Shown here: positions 49,586-59,300 of the stretch, one piece after another
How positions within the stretch are numbered: position 1 is the stretch's first letter
How the letters are laid out: each line of letters opens with the position of its first letter
Source of the DNA: an uncultured Lentisphaerales bacterium
GTDB taxonomy: Bacteria > Verrucomicrobiota > Kiritimatiellia > RFP12 > JAAYLN01
Direction of reading: 5' to 3'
DNA: 64,000 nt
NCBI GenBank assembly: GCA_964592855.1
Contig: CAZQKI010000001.1
Coordinates: 23,175 to 87,174, forward strand
The notes under the pieces: generated by a model
What the model was told of the DNA's origin: nothing
Seen by the model: only the letters and a program-made list of their open reading frames with translations
The model's database searches: none
Translations under genes and position numbers: made by a program

Positions 49586-50584
49586 ATGACATCCAGGGAT
49601 ATCATTCGCCACACGCTGGAGTATTCGGGACCGGAGCGGGTCGCCCGGTCGTTTGGCGACTCGGACTTCCGCGGTGCCGGCTGTACCGTCAAGACCCATG
49701 CCACAGAATGGCAGGAGGTCGGCGGCGGACGCTGGGAGCGGATCGACGAGTGGGGCAACACCTGGGCGCGTCTCGAATCGACTTCGAAAGGCGAGGTGGT
49801 CAAGGGCGTCCTCGCCAGCATGGACGACGCACGCACGTACCGGTTTCCCGATTACTCGAATCCCGCCGACTACGCCGTCGCCGTGGAGAACCGGGCCAAG
49901 TTCGCCGACAAGTGGCTGATCGGCAGCATGCCCGGCTTCACCTTCAACATCGCCCGGAAAATGCGGAAACTGGACCAGTATCTCGTGGACCTCCTGCTGG
50001 AGCCGGAGGCGATGCATGCCTTCCATGACCGGATCGATGTGCTGCTGGGGGACATGATCCGCAACTACGCGGCCGCCGGCGTCGATGCCGTCATGTTCCC
50101 CGAGGACTGGGGCACCCAGACGCAGACGCTCGTCAGCCCCGACTTGTGGTGCGAGGAGTTCTTCCCCCGCTTCGTCAAGCTGTGCGGCCTGGCCCACGAC
50201 CTCGGCATCAAGGTGTTCATGCACTCCTGCGGACAGATCGAGGCGATCGTCCCGGGGCTGATGGAGGCCGGCATCGACCTGCTGCAGTTCGACCAGCCCG
50301 ACCTCCATGGCATCGACATCCTGGCCGGGCATCAGGAGCGGGGCAAGATCACCTTCTGGTGTCCGGTCGACATTCAGAAGACCCTGCAGCAGCGCGACGA
50401 GCAGGTGATCCGCGCCAAGGTCCGGGAGATGCTCGACAAGCTCTGGCGCGGCCGGGGTGGGTTCATTGCGGGCTTTTACGGCGACAATGTCTCGATCGGC
50501 CTTGATCCGAAGTGGCAGGAAATCGCCTGCGATGAGTTCACGAAGGTCGGGCTAGCCGCGAATTACGTGGAACGTGATGCGTGA
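49586..50584 (+). CDS. URO-D/MtaA-like family protein, paralogue 3
   Basis: 332 aa from the ATG at 49586; URO-D-family pattern (..AGVDAVMFPEDWGTQ.., ..HSCGQIEAIVPGLMEAGIDLLQFDQP..); last gene of the kinase-SIS-SIS-TIM operon. Confidence 0.8.
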   Translation: MTSRDIIRHTLEYSGPERVARSFGDSDFRGAGCTVKTHATEWQEVGGGRWERIDEWGNTWARLESTSKGEVVKGVLASMDDARTYRFPDYSNPADYAVAVENRAKFADKWLIGSMPGFTFNIARKMRKLDQYLVDLLLEPEAMHAFHDRIDVLLGDMIRNYAAAGVDAVMFPEDWGTQTQTLVSPDLWCEEFFPRFVKLCGLAHDLGIKVFMHSCGQIEAIVPGLMEAGIDLLQFDQPDLHGIDILAGHQERGKITFWCPVDIQKTLQQRDEQVIRAKVREMLDKLWRGRGGFIAGFYGDNVSIGLDPKWQEIACDEFTKVGLAANYVERDA

Positions 50585-50627
50585 ACTCCAAAGGTAGGGC
50601 GAGGCGTCCCCGCCGAGCCGCATGCGG

Positions 50628-51845
50628 TCAATCAATGGTCGCAAGAAATCCCGGGGCCAGCCTCGCCGCGAAAACCTGCGGGATGCCGTGCGGGGCGGAG
50701 TTGTAGATCACGTAGCGGTTGTCGGCGGTCAGATAGGGGTGCGTGTGCGTGCATTGGTTGCCGCCTCCCACACACCCGACATCCTCGACCAGGGTCCGGA
50801 ATTTGCCGTTCTCAAGATTGCCGATCACCAGCGAGGCCGGCTTGCTCTGGCCGTTCTCGAACAGACCCGTTCCGGTGTGTGAATCGGCGATGAAGTAGCG
50901 TCCGCACCGCGACGCGCTGATGTGGTTGAACCGGTGCTGGGGCGCCTCGAACACCGTCGGCTTGCGGTCGCCCGGCTTCGCCGTGAACAGGTTGCCTTGC
51001 GGATGCAGCGGACTGTGCCGCCAGTCGTACTGGCTGTGATGAACCCACCCGGCTGAGAACAGGACGCGCCCCGTGTCGGCGACGAAGCATTCATGCCCGG
51101 TGACGCCGTGCGTGACCGGGGGGCCCGCCGGAACGAAGCGCTGGTTCCTGCCGTCCTGATCAATCACGAACAGCTTGCACCCCGCCGTCTGGTAGGCGTC
51201 CCGCGAGCCGTCCTTCTTCAGCCGGATGCCGGCGTTGTTCTGCACGAGGATCTGCCGGCCGTGCACGGGGTTGAACTGCAGATGCGGGTTGCAGATCTCG
51301 GGATGCTCGAAGATCACCTCGCGGATCTTCTTCTCGAGGTCGAGGCGGAGGATCTGGAACACCGGCGCCCCTTTGCCTTTTAAACGGGGGTTCATCCAGA
51401 TCATGTAGCGTTGATCGGGCGAGATGGAACTGCCGCCGCCGCCGACCGGAAGGGGGGCGTCCGGATCATCCTCGGCATAGACTTCCTTCTGCTCCAGTGT
51501 CATCAGCGAGAGCTGCATCAGCCGCCGCTCGGGCGTCCAGTAGTACATCAGGCCGCTCCACGCGGAGGTGCAGACGGTCCGCACGCCCATGGCCCGCCGC
51601 ACGACCATCGTGATGGCCAGCCGGTCCAACTCGTGCACGAGCAGCGCACCCTCCGTGTCCCAGCAGAAATCCTGGCAGCGGGCGATGATGATCCGCTTGC
51701 CGTCGGGCGAGGTGTAGGGCTGCTCCCCGTAGATGTTGTTGCTGATCGCGGCCGCGCTGGTCAGCTGCTGGATCCGCGCGCCGCTGACGGGATCGTCCCG
51801 CAGGTCGGCCGATTCGTGTGCCCATTGGATTGGCTGGTTGCTCAT
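50628..51845 (-). CDS. Oligogalacturonate lyase-like (PL22-like) beta-propeller protein
   Basis: About 405 aa; TolB-like propeller pattern with an N-terminal ..RIQQLTS..NNIYGEQPYTSPDGKRIIIAR.. resembling PL22 Ogl; start provisionally at MSNQPIQW (51845) to avoid overlap with the giant gene stop. Confidence 0.5.
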   Translation of the reverse strand: MSNQPIQWAHESADLRDDPVSGARIQQLTSAAAISNNIYGEQPYTSPDGKRIIIARCQDFCWDTEGALLVHELDRLAITMVVRRAMGVRTVCTSAWSGLMYYWTPERRLMQLSLMTLEQKEVYAEDDPDAPLPVGGGGSSISPDQRYMIWMNPRLKGKGAPVFQILRLDLEKKIREVIFEHPEICNPHLQFNPVHGRQILVQNNAGIRLKKDGSRDAYQTAGCKLFVIDQDGRNQRFVPAGPPVTHGVTGHECFVADTGRVLFSAGWVHHSQYDWRHSPLHPQGNLFTAKPGDRKPTVFEAPQHRFNHISASRCGRYFIADSHTGTGLFENGQSKPASLVIGNLENGKFRTLVEDVGCVGGGNQCTHTHPYLTADNRYVIYNSAPHGIPQVFAARLAPGFLATID

Positions 51846-51864
51846 ATTCCCCGCTTGCCGCAGA

Positions 51865-54800
51865 CTACTTTTCCGCGAATTTGTCATGTGTGATCAGTTC
51901 AAACGCCCGGGAAGGCTTGGATTCCCGTTTCTCGGCATTCACCGTCGTCATAAATAGATACATCTTCGTCTCTGGCCGCAGCCCCGTGATCGACTGGTTG
52001 TCCTTCAAGCCCTTGGCCAGAAGGTCGGCGCCGCGTCCGTCCGCATACCGGCTGAGATAAAGGTTGTAGGTCAACGCCGGGTCTTGATCGAACCGGATCA
52101 GCATGTTCCGTCCGTCGTTGAAGTGCTGTGGCTCCTCGAACCGCTTGATCGCCGGCGCGTTCCCCATCCCTTCGGCGGAGAGCCGGGCGATCGGATTCTC
52201 CGACGGGCCCGTCCACTCGGGCATTGGCGTGCGAAGGCGGCTCGTGGCAACAGCCGGGTCGGCGGCCTGTTCTTCCGACGCATACTCTGCGACCAGGCCG
52301 GCCAGCGTGTAGCTACGTTCCTTCACGAGCTGCATGACGCCAAGCACCGGCACTTCGTTGCGGGCCTCGACGATGATCTTCTCCAGCTTCAATGGCAGAT
52401 CGACCGCGCCATCGCCACCCCGCGAACCCCACCAGGTGGTCTCCAGGTCGCGCGCACCGTCCCCGGGCTTGCTGCCGGGCAGCGGAAAACGCACGTAACG
52501 CCAGCCATCGAAGCTCACGTACGACCAGGCATGGGTGTCGTCGCAGTTCCAGTCGTTGCGGGTGCCCACGGATGTCCAGACTTCGCCCTTGGCGTCGCGG
52601 CACTGGTACACGATACGGCCCCACGAGGAATTGCCTTTGATCCAGACCCCCAGCGCCTCGGCCTTGCCGGGGATCGTGACGGGCTTCTTCAACTTCAACT
52701 GTCCGTAGCGCGTGGCCATCGGCCGGTCGCCCGGTTCGACGGGCAGCGTGACGGCCACCGCATCGGCATGTCCCGCCTCGCCCGGGCCGAACTCGGCTTT
52801 CAAGTTCGGGTCCGTGATCCGCCGCATCGCAAAATGATTCTCCGCATACTCCTTGTCAGCCGATCCGTCGTAGACCCACTGCCCGGCGGTGAAGGGGGCC
52901 AGCGGACGCGTGACCGCGGCGGGCGCCTCGGTGTACCGCGACGGCGCGAGCGTGATCGCTTCGATCACTCCGGCCCCCGTGAGCCAGACCGGCAGGGAGG
53001 TGAGCGTGATCGTGAAGGCGCCTTCCTTGACGGGGCAGGGGACGGCATTGCCCATGGAGTCGGTGACGACCGGCCGGGCCCCGTTCATCGTGACCGTCGC
53101 CTCGCTGGTGCCGTTGACCCGCCACATGGCGTAGATCATCGCCTGATCCGCTGTCCGCTTGAATGCCAGGCAATAGGCCGTCAGGGATCCGGTGTCCACC
53201 GGGCCGACGACATCGGCGCCGCAGAGCATGGCGGTGGCGGTGGCCACGGCGGCCACGGCCGGCTTCGGATTCTCCAGGGGCCGGCGATGGAAGATGCCGG
53301 CGCCGTAGTGCTCGGCCCCGTAGTAGTTCCCGGCGTCCTGCGGCACAATGCCGGCCTCGAACTGCTCGACCCCGTAAGCCAGCGCAAGAAGCGTGTAGCG
53401 GATCTGGTACTCGGCCTGCTCACGCTCGGTCAGTGCTCCGGGCTGCGTGGGAAAAAACGGCCCTTCGCACCAGGCAATCGGCAGGTTCGGCCAGCCCAGC
53501 TTGGCGGCTTGCTGACGCAACGCCCACAGCAGATTGATCGACCCGGTGACGTTGGAAATCTCTGGCAGCAGCTCGAATTGCGGCGCGTCCATGCCGTATA
53601 GGTCGACCAGCTCCTTCGGCATGCCGGCGCGCATGTAGGCGATCGTCCCCTGCGGCGCTCCCCATTGCAGGACCAGCCGGGTTTCGGGACGCTTCGCACG
53701 GACACCCTTGCCGATGGCCGTGAAGATCTTCACGTGCCGCCCGGCATTGGCCTGCTCGATGTCGGTCAGCCCCCGGTCGCCTTCGTCCGTGTAGGCCGGC
53801 CACGGCGCGTACTGCACCGCTTCGCTGATGGCCCACTCGCCGCCGTAGAAGTAGGAAGTGCCGGTGAAATTGGAGGCGATGCTGGCTACTTCGCCGGCAA
53901 CGGCCTCCGCCATGGCCGCGCCATCCACGGTGCCGTCCGGCAAGACCGTCTTGCTGAACTGGTTGCCGACCGTATGGGGTCCGTTGGGGATGAAATCCAG
54001 CCGCTTGAGCAAGCCGGCATTGACAAAAGATTCATGTAGGCTGGTGCGGCGCAGCCCGAGGCGGCGGTACAACGCCAGCGTCCGCTCGTTCGCTGCAAGA
54101 TCGCCGGCCTTCATCGCGGCGTAGTGGCCGAACAGTTCCCAGATGCCAAAGCGTGTTTCATTGGCCGCGTTTCCATACGTGCGGCGGTTGGGCGGCAACA
54201 CGACCAGGCTCAGATCGGCTTCGCGCTTGACGCCGGCCCCTTCGACCTCGACCTTGAGCCCGTGCCAGCCCAATGTCTTCAGGTCGAACGTCAGCGCGAC
54301 GTTCTCCGCCCGGCCGGGCTGGACAACGGCACTCGCCTTGACGGTACGCGTTTCGGTCCCGTCATAGCTGCTCGATGTCACCCGGACCTCCGCCTGGATG
54401 GCCTTTGTCGTCGTATTGGTCACGGCGATGTCCAGAACCGGCTTTTCGGGGCTTTCAAACACAAAATGCGTCTGCCGGGGCGTGACCTGGAAACCGAAGG
54501 GCGCCTCCTCCAGCGTGATCCCGACGATGTGCAGCGAACTGGGAAGCCCGGCGGGATGGTAGCCGTAGTAGATCGGGTCCGGGTAGCTACGGCCCAGTTC
54601 GACCGGCTTGCTCAGTTCGAACTCCAGGAACTGGTCGGCCATGTCGCGCATGCCGTACAACCCCGCCGTGTTCACCGGCACCCGGATCAGATAGAGCGGC
54701 TTGCCGTCCGCCGTCTGCTTCGCCAGCTTCTTCACAAGGCCTTTGCGAATGGCCTCGTCGGTGATCTCCAGATCGGTGCTGGTGGGAAAACCCGCATGCT

Positions 54801-55839
54801 CCTTGAAAAACCGCAGCGTGCCTCTGGGTACCGTGTCGGGCCGTGCCTCGCTCCAGGCCAGCAGCCAGATGTTCTGGTAGTTCCGGTACGGCACGCGGAA
54901 GGTCAGCGAAGCGGGGTCGGCCTGAAATGAACCGGGCCAGGAACACTGGCCGTTCACATACCCGACATCGGGGCCGCTGCCATGGGTGAGTCGGTAGCGG
55001 TAGAGCGAATCGCCGAGGTTGATGTCGGGTGTCCCCGTTTTCGGCAGACGCAGGGGAATCGACTCCACCGTCTCTAGCGTGCTCGCGGGCCGGGCCGCCT
55101 GCGCCTGGCGGGCGTGGCTGTAGGCCTCGAGCGGCAGGGGGAGGAAGCGGCCGTGGTCCGGCGGTGCGGAGAATCCGGCCGAGAGCAGGCTGGCCGTCCC
55201 GGTGAGTTGAACCACCCACCGCACCGGATGCTCCGCGGCGATCCGCTCCTCCGCCACCAGCCGGTCATCCAGCCAGATCTGGCGCGTGTCCCGGGTCAGC
55301 GTCATCCGTACCGTAAACACCTTCTCCGCGAACGGCACGCACGCGGCGTAGGCCGAGCCGATCTCCCGGAGGTCGCGTTCGTCCCAGAGGTTCTTCACTT
55401 TCGGGAACCGCCAGCGATAGGCGATCGCGCCGCCCTTGTCGTCCGGCGTTCCCCAGAATCGGCTGGAGACCGCATCGGTTGCCATGAGTCGCCCCGCCGC
55501 GTTCGCCCGGACGGACGCCTGATTGGGGCCGGTTGGCCGGAACACGCACTCCAACAGCGGCTTGGGCTCATTTGTCGGCCCGACCGCACGGAGCGTGAGT
55601 AGATCGCCATCCGCGGCACGGAGGCGGAAGACCGCCTCGACCGGCAACGGCATTGCCACCTTCGTCTGGAGTTCAAGCGGTGCGCCCCCCTTCGCCTGGA
55701 CAACACGACCCGTTTCGGTCTGGCCTTTGACGACGGTCCATCCCTCCGGCGCGAAGGTGTTCTCAAACGATGGCGGCGCCGCAGGAATGGCCGTAGCCAC
55801 CAATGCCGCTGCAAGTCCGATAATCAAGCGCACGTTCAT
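51865..55839 (-). CDS. Very large secreted protein (about 1324 aa) of unknown function, paralogue A; C-terminal FN3-like module
   Basis: Start trimmed to MNVRLIIGLAAALVATAIPAAPP (ATG at 55837-55839 with aggaga RBS). Shares conserved blocks with the 56398 gene (..SLYRYRL../..SLYRYRM..; ..GYHPAGLPSSLHIVGITLEEAP../..GYQAGGLPSSVRIYGLTLEEAP..). Confidence 0.75.
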   Translation of the reverse strand: MNVRLIIGLAAALVATAIPAAPPSFENTFAPEGWTVVKGQTETGRVVQAKGGAPLELQTKVAMPLPVEAVFRLRAADGDLLTLRAVGPTNEPKPLLECVFRPTGPNQASVRANAAGRLMATDAVSSRFWGTPDDKGGAIAYRWRFPKVKNLWDERDLREIGSAYAACVPFAEKVFTVRMTLTRDTRQIWLDDRLVAEERIAAEHPVRWVVQLTGTASLLSAGFSAPPDHGRFLPLPLEAYSHARQAQAARPASTLETVESIPLRLPKTGTPDINLGDSLYRYRLTHGSGPDVGYVNGQCSWPGSFQADPASLTFRVPYRNYQNIWLLAWSEARPDTVPRGTLRFFKEHAGFPTSTDLEITDEAIRKGLVKKLAKQTADGKPLYLIRVPVNTAGLYGMRDMADQFLEFELSKPVELGRSYPDPIYYGYHPAGLPSSLHIVGITLEEAPFGFQVTPRQTHFVFESPEKPVLDIAVTNTTTKAIQAEVRVTSSSYDGTETRTVKASAVVQPGRAENVALTFDLKTLGWHGLKVEVEGAGVKREADLSLVVLPPNRRTYGNAANETRFGIWELFGHYAAMKAGDLAANERTLALYRRLGLRRTSLHESFVNAGLLKRLDFIPNGPHTVGNQFSKTVLPDGTVDGAAMAEAVAGEVASIASNFTGTSYFYGGEWAISEAVQYAPWPAYTDEGDRGLTDIEQANAGRHVKIFTAIGKGVRAKRPETRLVLQWGAPQGTIAYMRAGMPKELVDLYGMDAPQFELLPEISNVTGSINLLWALRQQAAKLGWPNLPIAWCEGPFFPTQPGALTEREQAEYQIRYTLLALAYGVEQFEAGIVPQDAGNYYGAEHYGAGIFHRRPLENPKPAVAAVATATAMLCGADVVGPVDTGSLTAYCLAFKRTADQAMIYAMWRVNGTSEATVTMNGARPVVTDSMGNAVPCPVKEGAFTITLTSLPVWLTGAGVIEAITLAPSRYTEAPAAVTRPLAPFTAGQWVYDGSADKEYAENHFAMRRITDPNLKAEFGPGEAGHADAVAVTLPVEPGDRPMATRYGQLKLKKPVTIPGKAEALGVWIKGNSSWGRIVYQCRDAKGEVWTSVGTRNDWNCDDTHAWSYVSFDGWRYVRFPLPGSKPGDGARDLETTWWGSRGGDGAVDLPLKLEKIIVEARNEVPVLGVMQLVKERSYTLAGLVAEYASEEQAADPAVATSRLRTPMPEWTGPSENPIARLSAEGMGNAPAIKRFEEPQHFNDGRNMLIRFDQDPALTYNLYLSRYADGRGADLLAKGLKDNQSITGLRPETKMYLFMTTVNAEKRESKPSRAFELITHDKFAEK

Positions 55840-56022
55840 GTCAAGGGTTCTCCTCTTGGACGATCCGGCCCCGGCCCGCGCCGGCGAGGTCGCAATTTCG
55901 TGTCGGGACGATGCGGTCGAAAAAATTGTCGACCGGAAAAACTCATACAGTATGCTGAATTGCAGCCGGGTCGTCAATCTGCGCGGCAAAAAAGACGCGT
56001 CAACTTCGTTGCCACGCCCCAA

Positions 56023-56114
56023 GGGTTCAGGAAACAGGGTTCAGTGAGGCCGCCAGTTGGATCAACGCAGGAGAACAAACTTTGTCGCAAGCTTTGTCTT
56101 GAGCTTTGTCGACC
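56023..56114 (+). repeat. Conserved intergenic element, copy B (see 10584-10727), between the divergent giant paralogues
   Basis: aagggttcaggaaacagggttcagtgaggccgccagttggatcaacgcaggagaacaaactttgtcgcaagctttgtcttgagctttgtcgacc, about 90% identical to the core of copy A. Confidence 0.6.
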
Positions 56115-56397
56115 TATTGCAGGCCGCCGCGCGGACCGCCTACGATCGATCATTCGCAGCTTCCTGCAAAAGACGCATGGGCAGGCTTTCTAAGCGTCGC
56201 ATTGTAGTCCTTACACGGAATATCTGAATAATCCTGTAAATCCTGTAATCTTGTCTGAGACAATTTCAAGACGCTTGGACTCTAAATAATCCGCTTGTCA
56301 CCCATTCACAGTCGGCATACACTCGCCGCACGCGAGATGAAACGCCATTCGTAGTGGACCGCACCCGGACGCGCAGATCCGGGCAAAGGACGATGCC

Positions 56398-59300
56398 ATG
56401 ATACGCAGGACGACGACGATTGCAGGGTATGCCTTGATGGCGGGATTGGCCGCGTTCGCCGCGGAACGCCGCGCGCCGGTGGCCGCGCTGCCGATGGAGC
56501 CGGCCGCCGTGAGCGAAGCCTGGGTGGTCAACGATGAAACCAGCACCTTCGCCCTGGGCGTGATCCGCGACGACCTGCTGGCCCGCCCGGTGTTGGAGGT
56601 CGCGTCGCGCAACCTCGACACGCGCGCGGTGCGCAACAAACAGCATGAATACCGGCTCACCTCCCGGGCGACCGCCAAGGGCGCTTACGTCGTCGAGGCG
56701 CTGCTGCGGTTTCCCGATCTGCCGCGGCTGGATGAGCGCGGACGCCCGGTGCGAGCCCGACCCCGTGCCAGCCTGTCGGTCGGATTGCTCACCAACGACC
56801 TGCCCGCCTTTGTCCTGGAGGGGGGGACGGGCGTTTCGCCGCTGTTCATCTGGTCGGTGAAGCGTGGCGACGACCCGCCGAAGGCGAAGCCGGTTTCCGG
56901 GAGCCTGAAGGCGAATGTCACGCCCGACATCTCGCCGCTCTCGCCAGAAGCGTTCCGGTTGGAATCGGAAGCCGAACTGGCCCGCATGCCCCGGCCGGAG
57001 AACTGCTGGATTCCGGTGCGCATCGAGGTCGGTGCCTCCCACCTGCGCTTTTACTTCAACGGCTGCCTGGCGCTGGAACGGCTGCGTGAAGCCGGTACCG
57101 ACGGCCCCGTCACGCTGACCCTGCGCGACCGCGTCCGCATCGCCTCGCTGGAGGTGCGCCCGCTGCCCGGCGACAACGCCCCCTTCGTCACCGTCCCGCT
57201 CGACTCCCGCTGCAATGCCGCGGCGACGCTCGCCTCAGACGCCCTGGCTGCCGTCCGCCAGACCGGCGCCGTACACGGTGTCCCCTTTGTGTTCCCGGCC
57301 ACCGTGCCGTTTGACCACGTCGACGTCGGGCAGAGCCTCTACCGCTACCGGATGGGCACCTCCTATACCGCCGACTACGATCCCCGCATCACCGCGCCCA
57401 GCCCCGCCGAGTTCGAGCCGGGGCGCATCCTGCTGACCGTGCCGAAACGCGCCTACCGGCGGGCCTGGCTGCTGGCCGGCGCCGACGGCCGGGAACACCA
57501 CGTGCCGCTGGTCACGCTGCGCTTCTACAAGCCGTTCACCGGTTGGTCCACCGACACCGCGGTGACGGTCCCCGCCTTCGCATCCAGAGATGGCGGGACG
57601 GCCAAGCCCGTCGCGGTGCGGGATGCCGCCGGCCAGGCGGTGAACCTCTGGCTGGTTCCGGTCGATCTCGACGCTGCGGCACTGGCCGCCGACTTCACCG
57701 GCGATGTGATGCACATCGAACTGACCAAGGCGGTCAAGCCGAACCTCGCCTATCCCGATCCCGCGAACTACGGCTACCAGGCCGGAGGACTGCCGAGTAG
57801 CGTGCGCATCTACGGCCTCACGCTTGAGGAGGCGCCGGTGCAGGCCGTCGCCTCGGGCGACTTGTTCGGCAACACCTACACTGACCCCGAGCAACTGGTC
57901 TGGCAGGTCACGGTACAAAATCGGACGGCCGACACGCTTCCCGTCGAAATCACGGTCGCGGCCACCGATCCCTACGGACTAGCCGCCGCGCCGACGGTCA
58001 AGCGGCTGGCGCTCAAGCCGGGCGAGACGCAGGTGCCGGCCTTTCCCTTGAAGCCCGCCGTCCTGGGCCTCCATGCGGTTCGCACCACCGTCAAGGCCGG
58101 CGACTGGAGCCAATCCCGCGAGGGTTACTTCCTGCGCCTCCCGGCCTTCGCCCGCCGCGAGACCGGCGTCACCAGCCCCTGGGGCGTGTGGAACTGGGGC
58201 GGCACGCACGCCACGCATGGCGACCTCGACGACAACGGCCGGCTGCTGAAGGCTGTCGGCGCCATCAACAATCACGATCTGACGGCGTCGCCCGCCCGCG
58301 GCCAGCCCGCCGTCAATCTCAACGAGTTCAGGAAAAAATGGGGGCTGGGGGCGACGCATGACCGCATCATTCCGCGCGATCCGCCACTCTGGGCCGCCAA
58401 GGATCCGGTCGATCCGGCCGAGCGCGAAGCCTACAAGGAGGTGATCGGAAAACGGGCCCGGCAGTTGAAGGACGACCATCCCGACTTCCAGTACGTCAAC
58501 TGCTTCGCCGAGAATTCCGTCTCGCTTCGCTTGACCCATGGCGTCCGCGCCTCGGCCTTCGGCCTGCCGGAATACGAATTCAACGAGAAGGAACTGGCCC
58601 GCTTGCGCCACCTGCTGACCGCCGCACTGGCGGGGGCCGAGGGCGTTCGCCAATACGCTCCCGAGGTCAAGTTCATCTTCGGGCACGGCGCCGCCAATTT
58701 CGCATGGCCCTTCTTCACGCAGCCGGACTGGAACTTCGACCTCTTCGCCGGCATCGGACTCGATCTGCCGCAGTTCGAGCGGATGCCGGAACGCCAGCCG
58801 CGCGCGACCGAGCCGAGCCTCCTCTATTTTCTCCGGGAGGAACTGAAGGCGCGCGGCCAGATCGACAAGGAACTCGTCCATCTCGAATCCTACTTCCCGG
58901 GAAGCCACGAACTGGCGCTGGGACTCCGGGGACAGGCCGACAGCATCGTCCGCACTGCAGTCCTCTCCCTGGCGCTGGGCACGACCAAGTTCATGCATAC
59001 GTGGAGCCTGCAGGACTGCGCCGACCGCTGGGGCAGCCAGCACTACGGCGGATGCGGGCTCTACGCCCGCATCCCGGAGAGCAATCCCAAGCCCGCCGCG
59101 GCCGCCTTCGCCACGATGACCCGCGTGCTGGACCGGGCCCGCTTCGACGGCTGGATCGATACGGGCAGCCTCAGCACGTTCTGCATCCGCTTCAAGGGCG
59201 AAGACCGGCTGGTCTACGCCGTCTGGACCATCCGCGGCACGCGTCCGCTGGAGGTCGTCGTGAACGCCGGGTCGGCCGGGATTGAACGGATTGATGATAA

